A stretch of 64,000 bases of DNA from the IMG/VR virus record IMGVR_UViG_3300028534_000026, positions 2,128 through 66,127 of that record. The stretch is one strand, 5' to 3'. Made by a program: the position numbers and the translations under genes. Below are positions 33,600 to 43,709 of this stretch, in pieces. The notes under the pieces were generated by a model. The model was not told the origin of the DNA. It made no database searches and was given only the letters and a program-made list of their open reading frames with translations. Each line of letters starts with the position of its first letter. The first letter of the stretch is position 1. The DNA is from a virus.

Positions 33600-36500
33600 A
33601 TGGCAATAGAATTTGATATAAAAACCGCGGAAGGTGTATCCAATCTTGATAGGCTTACCAAAGCCTGGGACAGAAACCGTGACCGGGTGAATACGGCTAC
33701 GGCTGCTTATGAGAAGCAGACTCAGCGGTTGGGTAGGTCAATTCTTGAGAACCAGAAGTTGGTAAGGTCGTTGAATACCTTAGAGGGGGAGTATATCGAA
33801 CTCCAGAAAAAGACCTCTGGACTGTCAACAACCACTAAGGTACTGGGTAACAGGGTAAAGATTCTTGAAGCTGAACTCTCCCTGCTCACAGCTGAGATGT
33901 CTAAACTCAGCGCTGCCAACTCAAAAGTTAATGCCTCTACTGCCAAGACAGTAAAATCTCAGACACAGCTGCGCTCTGCTTTCCGGGGTACAGCCGGTGC
34001 ACTCGGCGGCCTGTGGCTGGCCTACGGCGACATCTTGCCTATGATGGCTGCTTTCTCAGCTTCCGCAATAGCCAAAGATGTGCTGACCCAAGGTGCTGCA
34101 TTTAGGTACACTACAAAATTCATCACTGTCCTTGGTGAGGAGTCTGGCACTTCTTCAATTTCCGTAGAAGAGTTACGTGACCAACTGCAGAGTTTCGAGG
34201 GGCTGAGGAAAGGCCCACAAGAGTTGGCAGCTGGTATGAAAGAGTTCTCTAAAGCTGGGGTAAGCGCTGTTACTGCTTTGGGTGATATCGAGGAGATGGC
34301 TAGGTTTGCTACTATAGCTGAGTTGGATATGTCTGCCGCTACCTCCCTTATAATTGGTCAGGCAAATGCGTTTGGTGAGACATATTCTGACTCCGCTAAT
34401 ATGGTCACTGCTGCAGCTATGTCCTCAGCAACGAGTATTCAGGAGATGGCTCAGGCCATGACCAACACCACGGAGCTAGGGTCTATTTCCAAAGTACAGT
34501 TTCATGAGATAGCCACAGCTTTGGCTATTATGGCAAATAACGGTATCCGTGGATCTAAGGCTGGTACAGCTCTACGAACCTCTATCATGCGTATGCAAAC
34601 CCCAACGAAGAAGCTGCTGGGGCTTATGGGTGATCTGAATATCGAGTGGTCTGCTTTTACTGAGGATGGAAAAGTCAAGTCAGTGAAACAGATGTTCACT
34701 GAACTTAATAATGTGACGAAGGACCTCACATCTGAGAAGCGGATCGAGTTGTTTAGAGAGCTGTTCGGCCTCCGAGCAATGAAGGGTGGCGCCAACATAA
34801 TAGCCAATATAGTGGACAAGTTTGATGAAATGGACACTAAGGTGAGGGAGGCTTCGGAGGGGGTTACCCTTCTACAGCGGACTCATGAAGAGATGGCTGA
34901 TACCACTATGGCTAAGTGGGATGAACTCGGTGTTCATTATGAGAAGTTCATCACCGGTCTGAAATCTTCTTGGGTTGCCGACCTCGGTATCTACTTGGCA
35001 GATTTGGGGATTTCGTTTTTTGAGCATTTGGATTTGGTAGGGAAATGGGAGGAATATGTAGAAGCAGTCGGTACACTGTTAAGTGAGGGGTTGAAAGGAA
35101 AAGCCAAAGATGGCGCTGAGGATTTCGCCAAAGTGTTTACAGCTAAATCAAAGCCAGCCTGGTATGAGGGAGGTATACAGGCAGGATCAGAATGGGGGAA
35201 AGGGGTAAGAGATGCCCTGAATAGCTTACCGTCTGCAGGGGATAGTAGTAAGCCATCTCAGAGTTCTGCGGCTATTTTAAACGGTCTGCGAGACAACGCT
35301 ATTAATGGGAAAGTCTATGCTGAGATCACCAGACTCAATGAGGCTTATTCCGTTTCCGCCATAGCAGCCGACCCATGGATGAACCCAAAAATTCAGAAAG
35401 AGCGGGCTGATGCCATGGAGCGGGGCCTGAAGCTTGAGAATGAAATGTTGGTCAAGAGGGAAGAGGCCAACTTGAAAGCTGCTAAGTCTATGACAGACAT
35501 GTGGCTGGCTTATGACAAAGGTAAATTAGAAGCTGATATAAGGGCTGAGAACGCTTTACAGGCTAAAAGGGAGGAGGTTGCTGAACGCCTGTCCAGACTC
35601 CATATGTCCGATAAAGAACTTGCTTTAGCCGATCTCAAAGAGAGGTTTGACAAAGAGACGGAGTATATGGACCACACTTCAATCTTATACCAGCAGTTGT
35701 CAGAGATTTATCGGTATGAGGCTGATGAAATAAAGGGCATTAATTTTGATCTCGTTAAAGAGCTGAAGAACCACTGGGATGATTTTAGTGACAGCTTGAA
35801 GTCTTCTTTAAGGGACGGCCTTTCGCAGTCATTTAAGGTCTTGGTGTCCGGGTCGAAGAAGTATGAGCAGCAGTTGGCTACTATTCAAGGAAAAATACAC
35901 CAGTTGCAATACGACAGTCTGTCTTCAGGGGTAGAGCAGATGGAGTTCTTACAGCGGGAGTATGATACCACGTTGGATGCAGCACTGGGGGGGAATGAGT
36001 CTGCCCTCCAGCAGTATATGGATAACCTTGATACATACCTGTCTAAAGCGAAAGAGGAGATGGACCCGCAGGAGTACACCCAGATATATGACCAGGCTAT
36101 GCAGGATCTTGATGCTCTTAACAAGGAATACTCAGATAACACTAAAGCTAAGTGGGCCGAGCTGAAGGAGGTATGGGGGGATCTGTGGGATAGTATGCTT
36201 GACAAGTTGGTAGACACGTTGGCTGACATGGCTGTGTCTTGGGCTGCCTCCCAGGTGTCCAGTATGTTCTCTGGGTGGAAGTTCCATGACGGGTTGTGGA
36301 ATCTTGAGGATGACGAGTTGCCGGCTATTCTCCAGAAGGGTGAGATGGTTATTCCAGCGACACATGCAGAGCAGATCCGTGAAAACCTAATGGGTATTGG
36401 TAACGGTACTGGAAATGTTTTTGATGCTGTAGTTGCCGGGACTTCTCTGATGGACCTCACCGGGTGGGAGGATGAGTTCTCAGACCACTTATCCTCAGCC

Positions 36501-37544
36501 TATAAAGACGATTACGTTGCGGCTGCTCTTGGTACTCTTGCTTCCGGCAGCCCTCTCACTGGTTTACTGAGTTTCCTCGGTCCGCAGGTAGGTATTCAGA
36601 ATACCGGCCAAGCTCTAGCTGAAACAGGTCTTGATGTCATGGGTATCCATGGCAGCTGGTCAGATGCAGGGTTTATGATAGGCTCAGTGTTGTCCACTAT
36701 GTTGATGGGAGGGCCTCTTGCTTCCGTGACAGGGCTGAATAACCTTGGTGGTTTTGTTGGGGCGATTGCTGCTGATATGATTGGTGACGCTCTGGATGCC
36801 AGAGAGTTCGAAGCTGTCAGGGATGAGCTGGAAGAGAATTTTAATTTAACCCCATCTCAGCAAGCCCAGGCTGTCCAAAGCATGGAAGCTTTTCAGGCAG
36901 AGTGGGGCAGATTATCACCAGTGCAGTCCCTTGCCACCAACATATCAATGATGTCTTCATTCACAGGAGCAAATCTAGGGTTGAATGATTTGTTGGCTTC
37001 TGAAAAAGAAGCTCGTAGGGAAGAGCTGGCTAGAGCCAGAGAAGACAGAGAGCAGGCTCTCAGGGAATATAGCTCTTATTATGAGGACACGTTTGGTGAG
37101 ACATACAGCGGATATTACGCGCCTCCTGGGTATACCGAGTCTAAGATAGATGATGCTCTGAATGATTTTTTTGATGAAATAGATTCTATCAGCGAAGGTT
37201 CGAGTGAAGGACCAGGGGTTGGAGAGACTGGTGGTGGTACGCCAGATCATGAGCCCGGTGGGTCTTTCGGTATGGCTTCTGGCGGTGTTGTGGACAGGTT
37301 GCTGGTACCACGGGGCGAGGACGGTTATATGGCCCTGCAGTATGGTGAGGGTGTAGTTGATAGAGACACCATGAGTATACTGTCCAGAGAGATGAAGAGT
37401 GGCGGATTCTCTGCTGTGGTGGCTGCTATCCAGGAACTGAAAGATCAACTAGCAGCTGCCAACTTTGCCATCGCCAAGAACACACAGGATACAGCTAAAC
37501 TCTTGAGAAAAATGGATGCTATCGGGTTAGGAGTTCGGACATGA
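33600..37544 (+). CDS. tape measure protein
   Basis: 1314 aa, helical and Ala-rich; TP901-like core (LAIMANNGIRGSKAGTALR). Confidence 0.92.
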   Translation: MAIEFDIKTAEGVSNLDRLTKAWDRNRDRVNTATAAYEKQTQRLGRSILENQKLVRSLNTLEGEYIELQKKTSGLSTTTKVLGNRVKILEAELSLLTAEMSKLSAANSKVNASTAKTVKSQTQLRSAFRGTAGALGGLWLAYGDILPMMAAFSASAIAKDVLTQGAAFRYTTKFITVLGEESGTSSISVEELRDQLQSFEGLRKGPQELAAGMKEFSKAGVSAVTALGDIEEMARFATIAELDMSAATSLIIGQANAFGETYSDSANMVTAAAMSSATSIQEMAQAMTNTTELGSISKVQFHEIATALAIMANNGIRGSKAGTALRTSIMRMQTPTKKLLGLMGDLNIEWSAFTEDGKVKSVKQMFTELNNVTKDLTSEKRIELFRELFGLRAMKGGANIIANIVDKFDEMDTKVREASEGVTLLQRTHEEMADTTMAKWDELGVHYEKFITGLKSSWVADLGIYLADLGISFFEHLDLVGKWEEYVEAVGTLLSEGLKGKAKDGAEDFAKVFTAKSKPAWYEGGIQAGSEWGKGVRDALNSLPSAGDSSKPSQSSAAILNGLRDNAINGKVYAEITRLNEAYSVSAIAADPWMNPKIQKERADAMERGLKLENEMLVKREEANLKAAKSMTDMWLAYDKGKLEADIRAENALQAKREEVAERLSRLHMSDKELALADLKERFDKETEYMDHTSILYQQLSEIYRYEADEIKGINFDLVKELKNHWDDFSDSLKSSLRDGLSQSFKVLVSGSKKYEQQLATIQGKIHQLQYDSLSSGVEQMEFLQREYDTTLDAALGGNESALQQYMDNLDTYLSKAKEEMDPQEYTQIYDQAMQDLDALNKEYSDNTKAKWAELKEVWGDLWDSMLDKLVDTLADMAVSWAASQVSSMFSGWKFHDGLWNLEDDELPAILQKGEMVIPATHAEQIRENLMGIGNGTGNVFDAVVAGTSLMDLTGWEDEFSDHLSSAYKDDYVAAALGTLASGSPLTGLLSFLGPQVGIQNTGQALAETGLDVMGIHGSWSDAGFMIGSVLSTMLMGGPLASVTGLNNLGGFVGAIAADMIGDALDAREFEAVRDELEENFNLTPSQQAQAVQSMEAFQAEWGRLSPVQSLATNISMMSSFTGANLGLNDLLASEKEARREELARAREDREQALREYSSYYEDTFGETYSGYYAPPGYTESKIDDALNDFFDEIDSISEGSSEGPGVGETGGGTPDHEPGGSFGMASGGVVDRLLVPRGEDGYMALQYGEGVVDRDTMSILSREMKSGGFSAVVAAIQELKDQLAAANFAIAKNTQDTAKLLRKMDAIGLGVRT

Positions 37545-38464
37545 TTGTACTTGAGCCTATTACTATTACCAGTTTCACTTCCTCAAACGTCCCTGAAAAT
37601 GATGAGACTGAGTGGGATTCCACTACATCCTATGTGGTGGGTGATCTGTGTATGGTCGTGGCAGAGCATAAAATATACGAATGTCAGGTTGATAATCTGA
37701 ATAAATATCCGCCTGATTATCTGGATGACGGTGATCCGGACGCTGACCCGGTTGTCCCAAATACCTGGAAAGAGGTGTCTGCTACAAACAAGTGGAAGAT
37801 GTTTGATAACAAGACCCAATCACCAACTTCTCAGGCTGACGATATCACAGTGTCTTTCACTCCCGGAGTGTTATTTAATGGGGTGGCCCTTCTCGGTGTA
37901 TCAGCGGAGACTGTAACAATCACAGTAACCGACCCGGATGATGGTGAGGTGTATAAAGAAGAAGTGGAGATGCTGGATTACACAGCCATTATTGACTATT
38001 ACCAGTGGTTCTTTTATCCCATGGTAAAGAAGACGGTGGTTGTGAAGCTTGATCTCCCAGCTTATTCTGAGGCTACTATTGAGATTCAACTCACAGATTC
38101 AGGAGAGACCGTTGAACTCGGGGAGCTCATCATAGGTACCCAGAAGGATATCGGTGACGCTGTCTTCGGTACCTCAGTCGGTCTGGCCGATTACTCTCAG
38201 AAATCTGTGGATAGCGATACCGGTGAGGTCACTCTTGAAGAAGGTATCTATAACAACACTGTTGATTTCCGGATTGAAATGGACAGTAACAAGGTGTATG
38301 ATGTCAGGAGATTCCTGGCACAGTACCGGGCTACCCCGGTCTTGTATGTAGGCCATGAGGATTATGAGGCCACAGTGATTTACGGTTTTTATAAGGATTT
38401 ATCAATAGTTATAAGTAACGTGGCAATTTCGGCTTGTAGTCTGGAAGTCGAAGAATTGAGTTGA
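37541..38464 (+). CDS. distal tail/baseplate protein
   Basis: SSNVPEND..EW...YVVGD...HKIYE...WKEVSATNKWKMFD pattern; follows the tape measure gene. Confidence 0.7.
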   Translation: MIVLEPITITSFTSSNVPENDETEWDSTTSYVVGDLCMVVAEHKIYECQVDNLNKYPPDYLDDGDPDADPVVPNTWKEVSATNKWKMFDNKTQSPTSQADDITVSFTPGVLFNGVALLGVSAETVTITVTDPDDGEVYKEEVEMLDYTAIIDYYQWFFYPMVKKTVVVKLDLPAYSEATIEIQLTDSGETVELGELIIGTQKDIGDAVFGTSVGLADYSQKSVDSDTGEVTLEEGIYNNTVDFRIEMDSNKVYDVRRFLAQYRATPVLYVGHEDYEATVIYGFYKDLSIVISNVAISACSLEVEELS

Positions 38465-38476
38465 TAGGAGAATCAA

Positions 38477-39589
38477 ATGTCAAATGTCCCTTCATATACA
38501 GGTACAGTACCCAACAGGACCCAGGCTCAATCGGAGTTTAATACAAACGTCCAGGCGTTCCTGAGTTATATCGCTCTGCTGGCCCCGGAGATAAATAATG
38601 CGGTGGCTGAGATAGCTGCTCTTGAATCGCTGGAGTCTTATAGTTCTACGGTCACATACAATACCAATGACGCTTGTATCGGGTCGAATGGCGTCACATA
38701 CAGGTGTACAGCTGACGGGGTGACTGGGGATGACCCTGTTACGTCCAGTACCGGTAATTGGAAGAACATTACCCTGTACTTGGGTCTGCCTGATCAGGAT
38801 GGGATGATGTTGAAATCCACCACAGATGGTGTGTTGAGTTGGGCATTCGCCGGCCTTGGTGAGATGCCATCTGGTATTGAGATGGAAGGTTCTTTTGTTG
38901 GTGGGGATTACACCAACGGGACAGATGCTGTGAACGATATTGACATTCAGCCTTTTGTCTTCCCATCTCATGATAATACAGACATCATATCTTCTACGGC
39001 TGTCATTACGGCGGCCACTGATGGCTCAGGAGCAAATGGGATGTTGGGTGGGGCCAAACAGTCTGGAGACATTCTGGACATTTGGGCGTTGAAAGGTACC
39101 TCTGGAACCTGCGTGGGGTTTACCAGGAACGGGTCTGAGACAATAGGAGGAGTGACCCTGCCGTCCGGGTACGCTGATGCGTATAAGTGGATCGGGACAA
39201 CCGGCCTATTGGATGTTACAGATCTGCCAACAATAGTTTGTGTTGGGAACCAGTTCACTTATTTGTATGATCTGCAAGCTATTTTTTCTGGTGTATCCAT
39301 AGGCACTACTTATGAACTGAAGTCCCTGTCCGGAATCCTCCCTGATGATAGATACTATGCTTGTAGGTTTGGCCTGCAGGATAATGACTCAGCGCAGGTG
39401 GCTTTTTCTATAGATGGTGTCAATGATTATTACACGGTTGATACATCTACGGCAGGTATGACTTCATGGGGCTACAGGATGACCCAGCCTTCAGGTCATA
39501 TTCCGATACTGGATAACCAGATATACGTGAAGCAGAGTATAGCAAACGCAACAGCTCTGCTTATGCAGGCTGCACTCTTGAGGAGATAA
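38477..39589 (+). CDS. tail fibre / receptor-binding protein
   Basis: N-terminal anchor-like segment, carbohydrate-binding-like repeat (Y..ND...GSNG..Y.C), beta-rich body; no signal peptide. Confidence 0.65.
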   Translation: MSNVPSYTGTVPNRTQAQSEFNTNVQAFLSYIALLAPEINNAVAEIAALESLESYSSTVTYNTNDACIGSNGVTYRCTADGVTGDDPVTSSTGNWKNITLYLGLPDQDGMMLKSTTDGVLSWAFAGLGEMPSGIEMEGSFVGGDYTNGTDAVNDIDIQPFVFPSHDNTDIISSTAVITAATDGSGANGMLGGAKQSGDILDIWALKGTSGTCVGFTRNGSETIGGVTLPSGYADAYKWIGTTGLLDVTDLPTIVCVGNQFTYLYDLQAIFSGVSIGTTYELKSLSGILPDDRYYACRFGLQDNDSAQVAFSIDGVNDYYTVDTSTAGMTSWGYRMTQPSGHIPILDNQIYVKQSIANATALLMQAALLRR

Positions 39590-39591
39590 CT

Positions 39592-40191
39592 ATGAGATAT
39601 TGGAACGCTTACACTGAGACCGGAAAAGAGCTGGTAACCAGTATTGATATATCAGGAAAAGGGAAACCTGTTGACGGATATGATATGTACACTTTCCCAG
39701 CTTCTGAGTTTGTTAAAGGCAGGGAGCCATCCTTGTACCTGGTTGTGTCAGACAGGCTGCAGTTAAGGTCGGAGCCGGATATACTGGCTGACCCAACGAC
39801 AAAGAAGAGAGCCCTAGAAGCGAAGAAGCGTGATGTTGAAGCGTTGGTCGCTGCCAAGCAGCGTGAGTTGTATGAGTACAATGGTCATAAGTATTATCCG
39901 GATGAGCGGCTCATGAATGCTATCGCTACAGCCTACCCATTCAGGCCGGATGACCATACCTTGGATGTGAAGACGGCTGAGAAAATGACTGACGGGGTGA
40001 ACAATGTCTGGGTCACTTTGACCAAGGCGGAGTTGGCCGGGTTGTCCATGGGTTTCCTGGCTAGACAGTCGGATCTCTGGGACTATGGGTACAAAACTCT
40101 TAAAAACAAACTTAATGAACTGTGCCTCGATTCCACTAAAACCTATAAAGATATTCAGGAGTTTGATATTGAATCAGGATGGCCGAGTTAA
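39592..40191 (+). CDS. tail fibre assembly protein (DUF4376-like)
   Basis: Follows the fibre gene; FEY.G..Y..D-like segment and NNVWVTLT...L. Confidence 0.5.
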   Translation: MRYWNAYTETGKELVTSIDISGKGKPVDGYDMYTFPASEFVKGREPSLYLVVSDRLQLRSEPDILADPTTKKRALEAKKRDVEALVAAKQRELYEYNGHKYYPDERLMNAIATAYPFRPDDHTLDVKTAEKMTDGVNNVWVTLTKAELAGLSMGFLARQSDLWDYGYKTLKNKLNELCLDSTKTYKDIQEFDIESGWPS

Positions 40192-40284
40192 TAACAGGTA
40201 CGACGGTGGCCGTCCACCGTGGAAATTCATGGTGGTCATACCGATATCACGAATAATAAATTTCTTTCGAAGGAGGAAGAAGAG

Positions 40285-40608
40285 ATGAATTTTTTACTTA
40301 AATCAGCTGTCCCCATGTTGGTTGATATTGTAGCCGACATGATTACTCCAGAAGGTGTTACGGAATTCCGGAAAGAAGTCATCACGATGTTGGAGAAGGC
40401 TGCTATCTCTTCTGACCTGGCGCTGGATGATAAAACTCTTGAAGTCTTCATCAGTACCATTATGACTGAAGAAAATTTCGAGCAGTTCGGAGCAGGGATG
40501 GTTAATATAATGAAGGATTATGTCAGGAACTCTGAAACAAAGTACGATGACTGGGTTATACCAATCCTTGATAGTCTTCTTGAGGCTTTTTCTGTGGAAA
40601 AAGTTTAG
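40285..40608 (+). CDS. hypothetical acidic helical protein
   Basis: AAGGAGG RBS before MNFLLK. Confidence 0.7.
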   Translation: MNFLLKSAVPMLVDIVADMITPEGVTEFRKEVITMLEKAAISSDLALDDKTLEVFISTIMTEENFEQFGAGMVNIMKDYVRNSETKYDDWVIPILDSLLEAFSVEKV

Positions 40609-40657
40609 TGTTTCTGCTACACTGACTGAAACATGAACTCAAATCTGTGAGGAAAAT

Positions 40658-40975
40658 ATGCTCAAGGGTTTATCAGAGGTTATCAGTCAGGAGGCCCTCT
40701 TGGGGGTGCTCGCTGCTTCAGGTGGCATAGCCAGAATAGTTGTAGGTACCCACAAGATTCAAGATGTTTCCTGGATTGGTGAGGCCGCCAGAATTCTTTT
40801 TGTGGCTCTTCCCGTCGGGATAATGTCCGGCCTTTACATTATGACAAAATTCCAGTCTCCCGTACTCCCCCTCGCAGCTTCTTTTTCCGCTGGTGTAGTG
40901 AGCCTTAATGTGGTAAGGTTCCTATTATCAGCCGAGGGGCTCAAAATGCTGAGAAGCCTCATTGGAGGAAAGTGA
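40658..40975 (+). CDS. putative holin
   Basis: 105 aa, three hydrophobic segments, basic C-terminus. Confidence 0.6.
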   Translation: MLKGLSEVISQEALLGVLAASGGIARIVVGTHKIQDVSWIGEAARILFVALPVGIMSGLYIMTKFQSPVLPLAASFSAGVVSLNVVRFLLSAEGLKMLRSLIGGK

Positions 40976-41211
40976 TGCGGAAGATAAAACTGTTGAAGAG
41001 AGTAAGCCGGTGTAGGACAGTCATAACCCACTTAATTGTATCATGGCTGCTCACGAATATGGCCCTAGCTTTTGTTTTATATATGTCCTGTACTAAAGTG
41101 GAAGTTATAGCGTCCATGGCCTTGTTCACTCTGGGGCTCAAAGTAATGCAATATGATTTGTGGAAGATCAGGCATGACAAATACAAGAAACAACAGGTGG
41201 TTAAAGGGTGA
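40972..41211 (+). CDS. two-TM membrane protein
   Basis: Basic N-terminus, two hydrophobic segments; overlaps the holin stop. Confidence 0.55.
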   Translation: MMRKIKLLKRVSRCRTVITHLIVSWLLTNMALAFVLYMSCTKVEVIASMALFTLGLKVMQYDLWKIRHDKYKKQQVVKG

Positions 41212-41482
41212 CTATTGCACCTGGTTTCCGGATAAGGTTTTTGGTGTTGATATTGGTCTTGCTTGTTATGATCATGACGCCGCCTACGCTGCAGGCCATT
41301 ACCGGTTGAAATGGAGTGGGGACAAAAATCTTTTTAGAGACGTGTGGGAGATTGGGAACAGACAAGAAGGCTGGCGGGAGCCGGCCATAAAAGCGGTGGC
41401 CGGCCTCATGTTTGCTGCCGTAGCCACAGTTGGGAATTTATTTTGGTTAAGGAGCAGATATGGCACTGACAAAAGTAATTGA
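41174..41482 (+). CDS. phospholipase A2-like small protein
   Basis: DYCTWFPD...ACYDHDAAY...GDKNLF His-Asp motif; start uncertain. Confidence 0.5.
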   Translation: MTNTRNNRWLKGDYCTWFPDKVFGVDIGLACYDHDAAYAAGHYRLKWSGDKNLFRDVWEIGNRQEGWREPAIKAVAGLMFAAVATVGNLFWLRSRYGTDKSN

Positions 41483-41753
41483 TAATGTAGCAGTGGAAGT
41501 TGACTTGGCATCAGCTACAGAGATAACAGTAACCTCCCGTGCACTACTGGTGGCTGAGGGGTTTGAAGGTACAGACGAAATAGCAGTCGTCTACATTTTA
41601 GGGCCGTCAGGCAGTTACACCCCGTTACGTAATGAGTCTGGGACAGTTACACTTGTCCTGAAGCCTAATGTGGCTGAAGTCCCAGGGCCGGCTAAATACA
41701 AAATAACCAAGACGGCTACAGAGGGGGGTACTTATGTCGGTTACGAAGAGTAG
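41460..41753 (+). CDS. hypothetical beta-rich protein
   Basis: 97-aa ORF with AGGAG RBS. Confidence 0.65.
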   Translation: MALTKVIDNVAVEVDLASATEITVTSRALLVAEGFEGTDEIAVVYILGPSGSYTPLRNESGTVTLVLKPNVAEVPGPAKYKITKTATEGGTYVGYEE

Positions 41754-42153
41754 CTATGTAATCTATGTACCTATTACTGTATCCAATGACAGTGTTGTCC
41801 AGTGCCCTCTTGGTAGGTGCTTAGGCAGGCAGGCTGTCACGCTCGGGTCTGTTAATAACGCTGAACTTTCTACACTGATCACCAGCCGTAAGGCGTATCC
41901 TGGAGTAGCCGGTACCTTGTCTATTACATCAGGGTCGGGAGAAATATCCGTGAACGGTGGAGCGTGGACGTCAAGTAGCCTGTCTATAGCTAAGGGAGGC
42001 TATTTCCAAGTACGCACAACCAGCTCTGGGTCATATGACACAGCTGTAGCTATAGTTGTGGATATAGACACATATACTGATACGTTCACCGTTACCACCA
42101 AATCAGAGGAAGTGTCAGGGTTTCCATACACTTTCCCGTTTACACTCGAATGA
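41734..42153 (+). CDS. putative virion protein
   Basis: Ser/Thr-rich Ig-like domain; ends GFPYTFPFTLE. Confidence 0.6.
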   Translation: MSVTKSSYVIYVPITVSNDSVVQCPLGRCLGRQAVTLGSVNNAELSTLITSRKAYPGVAGTLSITSGSGEISVNGGAWTSSSLSIAKGGYFQVRTTSSGSYDTAVAIVVDIDTYTDTFTVTTKSEEVSGFPYTFPFTLE

Positions 42154-42161
42154 GGGCCGCC

Positions 42162-43709
42162 ATGAAAAGATTGTCAATATTACTAGCTCTAACCCTGCTT
42201 CCTGTAGCCTCGTATGCTACAGATATAACCTATGCTGATAAAACTACTGGGTCACAATTCACATCTACCGATGCGAATGAGATAAAATCTGCTGTGAACA
42301 GTAAAGTTGACAAGACACAGGTACTGACTAACGTTCCATCAGGTGCGGTGTTCACTGATGACCAGACGGCCAGTGAGATTTCATTCACTCCGAATGGGTC
42401 AATTGAAGCAACAGACGTACAATCAGCAATCCAAGAGGTTCGGGATGAGGCTGGTTCCGGATCAATTGTTTATCCAGGGGCCGGAATACCGAACTCAACA
42501 GGCACAGCCTGGGGAACGAGCTACTCTTTAACCACACTGGCTGCTGCTCTGGACGACGAAGGTTGGGTGTTCACCGGCAGCGTTGACATGACAGGTGCTT
42601 CCTCGGTATCACTCGGGCCGATCAAATTTGCGGATTCTGATGGATCTCCATCAACTGTAGGCGAATTTAGATATGATAATAACGTCACTGGATTTGCTGG
42701 AGGGTCGCTTGAATATAATAACGGCACCGTTGTTAAAAATGTAGTTGATTACGACAAAGATTCTCCACCTACTACAACGGGACAAGTTCCAACTTATGAT
42801 GCGACAAATCAAAAAATGGTGTGGAATATTCCGTCTGGAGGAACATCACCGACGATACAAGCAGATGACCCCGATTCGTCAAGTCCAGTAGGGTTTTATG
42901 GAGCAACTACATCTGGTCATTTTTTCTATAAATCATCACTTGGATTGTTCGATTTTGCTTCTGGCACTTATACTTTAGATCCTCCACCTACATATACACT
43001 TAATTTATCCATTACTGGAGGAGGAACAGTTACTATTGACTCAACTGGATACACATCATCTGGATCACCTCACGCTATCACAGGGCAGTCAGGAACAGTT
43101 AATATGACCGCCGCCTACGGAACAGGGGAGGATACTATTACATGGTCTGGTGATACTGTATCAGGCACTTATCCTGATTACACGATAGACATGGGATCTG
43201 CAGATAAAACAATTACAGCAGCTTTTAGTGAGGCTGCTTTTTGTTCCACCCAAAGTGTGATAACTGAACAGACCAGTGAAGGAAGTTGGGGTAACAATAT
43301 TTCAGATCAAGATGCAGAGGGGCAAGGAGTTGTATTTGCTTCTGATGCAAGTATTTATTCGATTATCGTTAAAACACACACAAAGTATGGGACTTCACCA
43401 GCAAAAATCAGATTTGGTACATCAGCCGATTTATCATCTAGTTACCTGGCTGAGTCCGCTCAGGTCGATATCGATACCGATGCAACCGAATACGAGTTTG
43501 TTTTTCCGACGCCGATATCTGTAACATCTGGAACTCAATATTACTGGGTAATATCTAACTTACAAGCAACTTATTATTTTAGTTTAGAGCGATCTGACAC
43601 TGATTCAGTACCCACGCAAAGCCGATGGTACGGCAGCAATCAAATATTTAATGCGTCAGCGAGTAATACAACTGATGATTATTTCTATAGGATTAAAAAA
43701 TGCGACTAA
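42162..43709 (+). CDS. tail-fibre-like protein with Sec signal peptide
   Basis: MKRLSILLALTLLPVASYA then TDITYADK...DANEIKSAVN and ATDVQSAIQEV fibre-type motifs; surface-protein repeat-like domain (TYTLNLSITGGGTVT...TITAAFS). Confidence 0.7.
   Translation: MKRLSILLALTLLPVASYATDITYADKTTGSQFTSTDANEIKSAVNSKVDKTQVLTNVPSGAVFTDDQTASEISFTPNGSIEATDVQSAIQEVRDEAGSGSIVYPGAGIPNSTGTAWGTSYSLTTLAAALDDEGWVFTGSVDMTGASSVSLGPIKFADSDGSPSTVGEFRYDNNVTGFAGGSLEYNNGTVVKNVVDYDKDSPPTTTGQVPTYDATNQKMVWNIPSGGTSPTIQADDPDSSSPVGFYGATTSGHFFYKSSLGLFDFASGTYTLDPPPTYTLNLSITGGGTVTIDSTGYTSSGSPHAITGQSGTVNMTAAYGTGEDTITWSGDTVSGTYPDYTIDMGSADKTITAAFSEAAFCSTQSVITEQTSEGSWGNNISDQDAEGQGVVFASDASIYSIIVKTHTKYGTSPAKIRFGTSADLSSSYLAESAQVDIDTDATEYEFVFPTPISVTSGTQYYWVISNLQATYYFSLERSDTDSVPTQSRWYGSNQIFNASASNTTDDYFYRIKKCD

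Noticed and set aside
40203-40220. ACGGTGG/CCACCGT hairpin as an ncRNA
   Set aside because: A single short stem with no recognisable family.
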